Both the position numbers and the translations under genes were made by a program. A DNA stretch of 60,399 nt, counting the filler, from Basidiobolus ranarum (taxonomy: Eukaryota): assembly GCA_040143965.1 (NCBI GenBank). It is 9 parts of 9 records of this genome, joined end to end, with 100 filler letters (N's around TTAATTAATTAA, not from the genome) between each part and the next. Parts side by side here need not be neighbours in the genome. Positions count along the whole stretch, not along the records: positions 47,082 to 53,694 come from JASJQH010008162.1; positions 53,795 to 60,399 come from JASJQH010008163.1; 7 more parts are not named here. One strand, written 5' to 3'. This document shows positions 51,040 through 60,399 of the stretch, piece by piece; position 1 is the stretch's first letter, and the number at the start of each line of letters is the position of its first letter. The notes under the pieces were generated by a model, which ran no database searches, was not told where the DNA came from, and saw only the letters and a program-made list of their open reading frames with translations.

Positions 51040-52840
51040 ATCCTATTATTTAAATCAATAGACACTAACCAGGACATGCCCATTCAGTTACCACACTCTA
51101 AAAGTAGATATCACCAATCCCTTTTTATGGATCACAGGTATTGAAGCATATTCCTATCATAATGTTTGAAAGATAATGGTGTTGTATAATGCAAGATACC
51201 ATTATAATAATGCTTTTCTGGAAGATGCCTCACAGTCTTTCCCTCAACATTTTTTTAGTATACCTAGTGGGCATCAGGAAGGTCCCAATAAGCAACACAG
51301 CCAGCTTAAGATTGAATGTTGAGAATAGTAAAGGTGTAGGGTGCCTAAGATTACAAAAAGAATATGCAAAGGTATGGAAGTAATTTTAAGATAAATAGTC
51401 TTGTTAAGAAATAAATGTTTTAGGCCAAAATGGAAAAAGTTACCCTATAAGGTGGTAATTTTGACATATTAGTACATAAAGTAGAAAGACAGGTCAATAT
51501 ATATTAAAAAGTAAGAATAGTTGAGTTTTTTAATAGGAGAGGTAGAAGGGAATGTCTTTAGTTATAACTTCTAGGAGAGATATCTAAGTAAGATAGAGAT
51601 AATAAGAGATGGTAAAAAATGATTTTGGCTTAGGTACCCCCATGAAGTAAGTAAAATCTACTACAAGTATGTGCTTGAAAGAGTCATCAGTGTGGTGATA
51701 GAAATATGTAAGGATATATTAACAAATGATGCTAAGAAAATGTCAGTGAGTTTGAAGCTTGCCCCTTTTCTTAATATTTAGGAGATAGAACAAAGAATTT
51801 GTTGACTTCAAAATGATCTTACACAGTGGATGGAACATTACATAAAAAGTGATAAGATATACATATTGATGATTAACTCCAATATTTATAAGCAGCTTTA
51901 TTAGTCAATAAAAGATAATATTGCAATATACTAAGTATACTATACTTGCTCTGCAAGCATCACATGAAGGGCACTCCCAAGGAAGGTCCCGTTACTAAAA
52001 CTATCAGCACATGAGTTGGATTTACTGCAGACGGTAGCTAATGCTTGGTACCAATATTGACATTTGATTTATTGCCGAGTTACTCATGTATAGTGTGGAC
52101 AAATGTGACTGAACAAGTTTGACATTTGATAGAATCAACTTCAAATCATTGATAATAAAATCAGCTACTTCCCATGCCATACCTGACAAAGAAATATTGA
52201 AGAAATGATTCTACTCAATTTGTTAGCTAACCTGTAATTCCATTGACTATTAAACAAACTAATGAATTAAAATTTCAATCCTCAACGATTAAACCAACCA
52301 TTATATGGAAATGGTAGTCACTTTTGGATGTAACATTCAAACATTTATTTGAAATCATAACATAGAAATATCAAGTGCAAGTTGGGATGGAATCGATATT
52401 TTACCAAAACGAATATCAATAATTATATACAACAAAATGATGCAAATTAGGCGGAAAGCTTCGAATTGAATTAAACTGATTCAATTTCACTTCATGAACA
52501 GGGTGATTTCATTCTACCTGGCTAACGAACTACTAGTAACTAACATAAGCAAAGTAGTCGATGCTGCTGTTGCATTTGTGAAAATGGGCCAACACCAAAC
52601 GGATGAAATTAATAGAATCCACCCAACCTATGATTCTATGCTTGTAAAAGCTATGCATCAATCGAGCTGCCCAAGGATTGCACTGAAAGGGGAGGGGAAA
52701 TGGTTGATGTTTACAGGTATTTTCCGAATTGGACTAATTTCGTGACAATATGAGATGATTGTTATTCCGTCGTCTTAAATTGGGGGTTAAAGTATAGTCA
52801 GTAAAATAGCAGGCTGAGTTTTCCAATATAAATACATACA

Positions 52841-53673
52841 TTATGTATGCTTATTTGCAGCTTCGGGCTCATCATGGCTGAGAGCAGGTTCGACTAAAGA
52901 GATTTCCTCGCGTTCCGATGATGATACGATATTTGCTATGTTATCATCTTGAGATGTAGGGTTTGGGATATGACTTGGGACTTCTTCAGCAAAATTTTCA
53001 ACCACTCTGGTAGTGAAAACTATCGACTTCTCATGATCATTTTCTATTCGATTCTTCGTCTCAATTAGATACGATTCGTTCCCTGCAGAAGCTGATAGAT
53101 CCATGGAACTATCGGTGTTATCGTGATTTGGTGTGAGCTGATCGGAGGCATCGATCAGTGAGTAGTTATTCTTTAGATTGACCTTGTTGGGTGGAAATAG
53201 TTGATGGTCCATTGTCGAGTTGGAATTCTGCATAGGCGAGATAATAGAAGTATTGATACTGTTGCTGGGCTCACTCAGAGTGGTAGGCTCGGTAGCAGCC
53301 ATCTCAAATAGCCCATGTATACTGGGGAGGCTGACAGGGGTAGAGTCACCGTTAGGGAGGTCCATGTTGACATGAACGATAGGTGAGGAGGCTTCAGGTG
53401 GGAGGTAGTTGGGTACATGACCTATGGGAAGTTGAGATGCAGGTGGGAGGAAGATCTGGGAGTTATCCGGGTTGTGTGAAATGGCATTTGAATTGTGATT
53501 GTGGAGATGTTGTTCGTAACCACGAATAGGGCTAACTTCAGCTGATATAGGAGTAGGTGGGTGGGAGAAATTAGCAAAGTCATGATGAGATTGCTGATTT
53601 GGAGTCATGTCCGATTGTGAGTGGTGGGATGATGGGGTTTTTCCTGAAAATGTAGGATTATTGGAAGAGAAGG
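52841..53673 (-). CDS. Probable last exon of an unidentified gene; low-complexity S/P/N/H-rich disordered region
   Basis: The 255-aa ORF extends upstream to a CTAAT..TAAG acceptor at ~53674. Normal CpG content. The 5' part lies off the contig. Confidence 0.6.
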
Positions 53674-53694
53674 CTTAACCATTAGAGATAGGTG

Positions 53695-53794
53695 NNNNNN
53701 NNNNNNNNNNNNNNNNNNNNNNNNNNNNNNNNNNNNNNTTAATTAATTAANNNNNNNNNNNNNNNNNNNNNNNNNNNNNNNNNNNNNNNNNNNN
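53695..53794. other. Artificial contig linker
   Basis: N44-TTAATTAATTAA-N44. Confidence 0.99.
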
Positions 53795-54125
53795 TTGTTT
53801 GCCGCTTCTAAAGATTCATAAATGACCTCAAGTAAAATGCGGTGCTGAGCATTCATGAACTCAGCCTCTTTGGGTGTCATTGAGAAATCATCAGTATCGA
53901 AAAGGGAAATATCATTAGCAAGAGATTGGGCAGTGCTAGCCATCTACAAAAATAAGTAAGGTTGGGTGACCAGGATTATTTAAACTCAGTTCCTGCTGAG
54001 CATAACTGTTACTGGGTACTTGCATTATTGAGGACACTCTTTGAAATACCATTTCTAAATTCCCCACCCCTCCTGGAAGGCGAAAAGCCATACCAATTAC
54101 TGCGATGTTCATATCTTCATGGAAC
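53795..54125 (-). CDS. Type I PKS ketosynthase N-terminal fragment (spliced or degenerate; runs off contig)
   Basis: MNIAVIGMAFRLPGGVGNL, then in another frame after a TTTTTGTAG acceptor DISLFDTDDFSMTPKEAEFMNAQHRILLEVIYESLEAA. This matches the KS consensus IAIIGM.CRLPG...FDA.FF.ISP.EA..MDPQQRLLLE..YEALE.A. Confidence 0.75.
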
Positions 54126-54771
54126 CTAGAGATCTCTTGTAAGCATTAAACATTAGATATTCAAGAAACAACAAGAATGAGACACCACAGGAGGTTTTAC
54201 CCTGTAATACTGGATGTTAATAGAAGGTTGAGTGAGTAGGCATACTTAATGATGCCTGGTACGATATAACTGAATTTGTTGACTTTTGCGTCAACGTTAG
54301 CCCTTTTGGTTCAAACTTGGTATAGTTATCTCAGTAAACAATGGAGGTGAAAGGACGTATCATTTGGTCAGGATTCCGTATGGTCCGCCACAGTCTTACC
54401 TGCTATTTATGCTGTCAACGTCCGGTGCATTATCAATTAACTCCACTTGTTGTTGTACAATATTTGGATTTCTCGCTCGAATTAATAGTAAATTTGATTC
54501 TATTCATGGTTTATCCCGAACATTTATGATACCAGTCAGGGTAGCCAAGCTAGTAACTAGCACTCTACAATAACACCAAATCAATGAAGTAACTAGCACA
54601 TTAGAGTAATACAACATTGGACCAATTCTATTGAGGATGCTTCAAGTTGTATAGAAATTAAAGGATATGATACTAAAAAGAAATCAATGCAGTTTTTATA
54701 AGCCACTAACTGTTGCAACAAATTTATTTTAAAGTCAAATTAGAATGAAGAATACTATTTATGGCCTTGAG

Positions 54772-57700
54772 TTAACTTATTTTTAGATCTTGCTGAATAG
54801 CAAGACTGTAATATTGCCCTTTACGTTCCATGAGTTCCTCGTGAGTACCTTGCTCATTAACAACTCCATTTTTGAGCACATAAATGATATCAGCATGTTT
54901 TATGGTTGATAAACGATGAGCTACTGCAATAGTTGTGCGTCCCTTGGCTGCATTATCTAGAGCTGTCTGAACAATCTTTTCGGAAGCTGCGTCTAGGGCA
55001 GAGGTTGCTTCATCAAGTAATAAAATCTTCGGTTGACGGATTAAAGCACGAGCAATTGCAATCCGTTGCTTTTGCCCACCAGACAGTTGCGATCCTTTGT
55101 TACCAAGAGGAGTATCGTATTTTTGTGAGAGGCTTGTGATGAAGTCATGGATGTTGGCATCACAAGCTGCCTTCTCAATCTCTTCTTGAGAAGGAACACG
55201 GTCGGCAAGGCCAAAACAAATATTATCCTTAATTGACATATCATAAAGACTTGGCTCTTGACCTACGAAAGCGATATGTTTACGCATATCGTTGACATTC
55301 ATTCTACGCACGTCTTTTCCATCGATCATGATACTTCCAGAGAGAACATCGTAGAAACGCTCAGCAAGACTGATGACAGTACTTTTACCGCAACCCGATG
55401 ATCCTACAAGGGCCACAAATTGGCCGGGCAGGATATCAAGATTTAATCCACAAAGCACTGGAACACTAGGGCGAGTAGGATAATGAAAGTGTACATCACG
55501 GTAAATGACGTGCCCCACCACAGATTTCACTTTATCTCCTTGAGCCTTTACAGGATCAATGATAGACTGACGATCCAGTAAGGCGATGATAGTGGCAGCT
55601 GCATATTTTGCTTTGCTAAGATCAGGGATATAAGATAATGCGTTGCCGGCACTTTGTGAACAAACAATAATTGCTATAAACACTATAAAGAAGTGTTTCT
55701 GATCATACTCTTGAGTTGGAATGATTCCAGAGTAATCTATAGTAGATTGTAATCTGCCTCCATACCAAAACCCGAGTGCATTCACCAGGAATACAATAGC
55801 TTGAGAAAGAGCGAAGATGAATGACGATTCGAATGCATTCTTCTTACCAGACTTAATTGGCTCTTCCAATGCCGCATGATACATTTTACAAACGTCATCC
55901 TCTCGAGTAAGGGAAGCAACTGTGCGAATCGATGAGGTAGCCTCGCATGCAAGTTGTGCCGAATGTTCATACGCAGCTCTGGTTTTCTGTTGATACCCGT
56001 TCATCATTCTCATACGAACCATTCCTGTCCCTACTAAAAGAGGGATACAACCCATTACCACCAGAGTGAGTTTCCAGCCATAAGCTAATCCAATCATCAA
56101 TCCACCAATTATGTTGACCAGAATTTCAAGGATTCTACCAAATGTAGAGCCACTGACTCCGCGTATATCAGTAGCGTCAGTTGCCAGCATCGATACGAGA
56201 GCACCAGTATTGTTTTGGTCACGATCGAACCATCCGATCTCCTGGTTGAGAATACTAGAAAATGACATGGCCCGAATTCGTTCAGTTAGTCTTTCCCCAG
56301 AGATTCCAAACATAGTGCCTTGAATCATCTGAGCCAGACACATTACAATAGCAATTATCAAGAACATCAATGACCACAAGTTGATTTCGTGAGTGCGTCT
56401 TGCATCATCACCCACTATACTTAGTGAATTAGTTACTTCAGCAAAAATAATAGCAAATGCTGGGTAAACTGCACCAGATACGATGGAACCACATAAGCCA
56501 CAGATCATGAACTTCAATTCCGGTTTGTTAAGCAGGAATATACGATAACAGATATAAGAGAAAGATAGCTTCCTCTCTACAGCCTCTTCAATATCCCTCT
56601 TACTACTGAGAGAGAGGCAGGATTGATTTGTAGTATACCGGTTTAGTTCTGAATCCTGGCTCATTGGTGCGATATTTTGATCTTCAGGCGGAGGAGTTGC
56701 TTCAGCCTGCTGATGTCCAAACTTTTGAAGTTTTACCAATTTGTAGTAAGAGCCTTGTGCTACAAGCAGGGAGCTGTGAGTACCCGTTTCAACTATTTGA
56801 CCACGTTCCATGACAATAATTTGATCTGCGTTACGAATAGTAGATAGACGATGCGCAATAACTATAGTGGTTCTTCCATAACTAGCTCTATTCAAAGCCT
56901 GCTGAACAATGGCTTCGGATTGAGTATCAAGTGCTGATGTAGCTTCATCCAATAAAAGAATCCGAGGATCTTTGATCATAGCTCTAGCGATTGCTATACG
57001 TTGCTTTTGGCCACCAGAAAGTAGAAAACCCCTTTCACCCACGTGAGTATCATACTTGTTAGGTAAGGCCATGATGAAAGAGTGAGCATTCGACATCTTG
57101 CATGCTTGCTCAATTAGTTCCATTTTTTTCTTCTGATCAGCGTGTTCAAAGGAAGTACCAATTAAGCCGTGAGCGACATTCTCTGCAATGGTGCACTTGA
57201 ATAAGGTTGGTTCTTGAGAGACCAAACCAATTTGACGCCTGAGCCAATGAATATTAAGTGACTTAATAGGTCGACCATCCAGATAGATTGCTCCTTCAAG
57301 TGGGTCATAAAATCTTTCCAATAGCTGGAATATTGTGGATTTCCCTGAACCACTAGATCCAACCAAAGCCACAGTCTGCCCAGGTTTTACGGTTAGATTG
57401 ATGCCTTTCATAATAGGAAGCTCTGGACGGGAGGGATATGCGAAATGGATGTTACAAACTTCGATTAAACCAACGGTCTTCTCAGTAACCTGGATCCCTT
57501 CCTTAGAGGCTGAGTCAATGGAAGGAACTCGGTAAATAGTGGAGAATAGTTTTGCTGCAGCCGCTTGTGCAAACACAAATACTTGGATGTTAAGAGAAGT
57601 TTGGCCGAAGGAAAAGGAGCCGATAATAACGGCGAAGAACACATTGAAAACGTCACCCACTTTTATATCATTTGAATTCAGTAATTTACCACCATACCAA

Positions 57701-58730
57701 AAAACAAGAGAATACGCAGTGTAAACGACGAGAACGTTGATACTAATACTCGCACTGGAAATAGATACTCGCTTCATACCCTCCTTTGAGGCGTTAGAGA
57801 GATTTTTATTGTACATCTTGGAGAGTTTCTTTTGTTGGCCAAATGCGGTTACAGTATGGATAGATGAGATCACTTCCTCAGCCAAAGCTCCAGATACAGA
57901 ATAATGATCGAGTGATTTTTTAACGAATTTTCCGGTGCACTTGCTTAAGACACTTGTCGAGATGGCAATAATGGGGATAATGCAGAAAAGAGCCAAGGTA
58001 AGTTTCCAACTTCTGGTGAATGCTATGACAAAGGCGGAGATGAAAGTAGCCACACTGGAGCAACTTCGAGGGAATTTCTCAGAAATACCGTCTTGAACTA
58101 AATGAGTATCGCTGGTAATTCTAGTAGTGATTTCTCCACCTCCCAATTTATCAAACCAAGTGATGTCTTGACGAAGTACTGCAGCTAAATAAGATTCACG
58201 GAATCTCCTCGTTTGACGCTCGCCAGTATAAACCCAGGTAGACATGTAAATATAGCTAGCAGCCAATATACCGATAGCTAGGTAGACATAGTACAGAGAA
58301 TACTTGTTGATCTCGGATCTAAAGCTTGAGACTTGATCTGGAGTAATTGAGCCGGTTCTGACTTGTGTATTGAATTCCGAATATGTGTTGCCCATCTGAC
58401 CAAAGATAATACTAGGGTAATATGGAAGTAGTGAGTTGGATGGAATTAATGCTGATGAAACAATTAAGTATATACTAACGTCATTAAAGGCATTCCGGCA
58501 CCAGCAATGATTGCAGCCAAAAGGCCAACTGACATCAAAGCCCAGTCCAATTTAGTGGCAAACTTGAACAACTCCGTTAAGCTTGCTTTTAGTTTAGTTT
58601 CATCTTTGGCAGACACGTTCAGATTGACTGGGTCCTGAGAAGCCACCCTCTCTACCACCATATCTTCACTCAAGGCTTTAAATGGTTTCTCGCTACCAGT
58701 ACTCTGAAGATTTGCAGAAAATGTAGACAT
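54772..58730 (-). CDS. MDR1: Full-size ABCB/MDR (P-glycoprotein-like) exporter, 2 exons
   Basis: TMD-NBD-TMD-NBD; Walker A GSSGSGKST and GSSGCGKST; LSGGQKQR twice; LLLDEATSALD twice. An intron at 58479-58412 joins GMPLMT to IIFGQMG. Confidence 0.95.
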
Positions 58731-59465
58731 AGCTGTATATGATTAAATGTGGATGCCCAAAGTGCTTGGTATTTATTGCAAACAATTGCACTATGTATAT
58801 TTATGTGTTAACCCTAAGTGTTCTCTCCATAATCTCCAAGACTACCACTTCCATGATTTAACTTTAAATAGTAGTTACTTAATGGGTTAATGAGCATACC
58901 GATTGGTGTTGCCTAGTAACTGTGCGCACATCTGATACAATGATTGGTAAAATCTCAATTGGTAAAATCTCAAAAACTGGTTAAAGTATTCTTATGATCA
59001 ACCTAATTAAGAAATTCGATTGATATTCCTTAAATCTTCCACACCTTATACGATTTTAAAAAATTCATTGAAGCTGATTGGCCCAACGTCCAGTTTTTTA
59101 ACAAATAGCCTTTGAAGCATACAAACCACTAAACAAACTACGCATTCTGTAACAAATGGGCTTTGATGCATAGATTGAAAAAATAATGTAGCCTCTTCCT
59201 CAATAAATTGAATGTATTAGAATTCCAACATTAAGTAAAGGTTCGGCTAAAGTATAGTTGACGGCTTCCTAATAGAGAGTACACATTGATAGTGACAAGA
59301 TTATCAAACGTACTTAGTGGATATCATCCAACGAATTGCTAAAATGCAAAAGAATCATTCATCCGATTCAACTGCCAGGTTGTCTAGCCTGGTATAAATA
59401 CACAGCCTCTATTTCCACTATTGAACTTATTATTTTCAATTCGTATCTGAGCAATATACACTAAA
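58731..59465. promoter_or_regulatory. Divergent promoter region between ABC exporter and NRPS
   Basis: Head-to-head genes 735 bp apart; TATAAATA at ~59393; 15-bp direct repeat ATTGGTAAAATCTCA x2 at ~58943-58972. Confidence 0.5.
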
Positions 59466-60399
59466 ATGTCAACCAACATAAACTTTGATATCGATCTTGG
59501 CTTCCTAACATCATGCTACGACTCCATAGATGTGGACCAAATTAAGACTCCCAGTGTCTCCATGGACGACAGTCATCTAGAAGAAACTACTGCAGCTGAG
59601 GAGAATTGGATAGAATTGTGGTCAACAGTACTTCAAATACCCAAGGAGACTATTGGAGTTAACAAATCTTTTGTTGGGCTTGGTGGGGACTCTATTCTGG
59701 CTATAAAGCTAGTGGGGAATGCCCAAAAAGCCGGATACAACCTAACTGTGGAAGACCTCTACGAGTATCCTACTATCGCAGAAATTGCTCAGGTTAACAT
59801 ACCTCGTACTTCTGACAGTGAGTCACCAAGGCCGGTTGAGCGATTCTCACTGCTTGGGCTTGAGCTTGACGATCTTGCCCTTCTGCTGAATTGCGATATA
59901 TCACAAAATGGCATTGATATGCAGGATATCGAGGACATCTATCCCTGCTCTCCCCTTCAAGAGGCTCTCCTTGCTCTTGGTCTGAAGGGTAATTCGTATT
60001 ATCTCAATCAACAAGTGTATCGTTTCAATTCAAGTTTCGATTATGATCGCTTAAAATCAGCATGGGAGACTGTCGTTCGCGCAAATCCCATCCTCCGCAC
60101 CATATGCGTATTTTCAGCAAGCGGATTTGAACATCTAAGTGGACTGCAAGTAGTTCTAAACAATAATGATATAGAATGGAGTGTTCATGAACTGAGACAT
60201 GGTTCGATGATAGAAGAGGAATTACAGGTTATTTTACATCAGGACAGGAAGCAAGGAATTCATGCTGGAGAATTCCTTATTCGGTTTAAAGTAATCCGGA
60301 CTCAAGATTCAGCCGACTACTTCATATGGACCATGCATCATGCCCTTTATGACGGTTGGTCAAGGGGCCATATTGTGACGGATTTGCTCACAGCATATC
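59466..60399 (+). CDS. Non-ribosomal peptide synthetase N-terminus (T domain then C domain), 3'-truncated; absent from ORF track
   Basis: Open frame from ATG 59466 to the window end: MSTNINF...LWSTVLQI...SFVGLGGDSILAIKL (Ppant serine)...IEDIYPCSPLQEALL...AWETVVRANPILRT...IWTMHHALYDGWS (C-domain HHxxxDG). Confidence 0.93.
   Translation, partial: MSTNINFDIDLGFLTSCYDSIDVDQIKTPSVSMDDSHLEETTAAEENWIELWSTVLQIPKETIGVNKSFVGLGGDSILAIKLVGNAQKAGYNLTVEDLYEYPTIAEIAQVNIPRTSDSESPRPVERFSLLGLELDDLALLLNCDISQNGIDMQDIEDIYPCSPLQEALLALGLKGNSYYLNQQVYRFNSSFDYDRLKSAWETVVRANPILRTICVFSASGFEHLSGLQVVLNNNDIEWSVHELRHGSMIEEELQVILHQDRKQGIHAGEFLIRFKVIRTQDSADYFIWTMHHALYDGWSRGHIVTDLLTAY

Noticed and set aside
51100-51950. CpG-free purine-rich stretch after the 3' LTR
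   Set aside because: Probably another TE remnant, but no motif supports a specific call.

Overview
This window is not one locus. It is nine unrelated ~6.6 kb contigs (6638 down to 6605 bp, in descending size) joined by artificial 100-nt N44-TTAATTAATTAA-N44 linkers, so adjacency across linkers means nothing. Short GT-AG introns and the gene content point to an early-diverging fungus (Zoopagomycota/Mucoromycota; Basidiobolus-like is only an inference). Contig 1 has an Mph1/FANCM helicase flanked by two inverted, kinase-less ethylene-receptor-like GAF paralogs that both break at the same nucleotide. Contig 2 has VPS11, NCA2 and CSF1. Contigs 3, 5, 8 and parts of 4 and 7 are strongly CpG-depleted Ty1/copia relics, LTRs and nested insertions, plus an unknown ~1.93 kb tandem unit. 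Contig 4 has a YhgE/Pip-/DUF3533-like membrane protein. Contig 6 has two different Fanzor (eukaryotic TnpB) pseudogenes, one followed by a structured omega-RNA candidate. Contig 7 has an SLC35E-type transporter, CSN4 and a C2H2 factor. Contig 9 is part of a biosynthetic cluster: a PKS ketosynthase fragment, an ABCB/MDR exporter and a thiolation-domain-first NRPS that the ORF track missed. All family assignments come from motif recognition, with no database searches.
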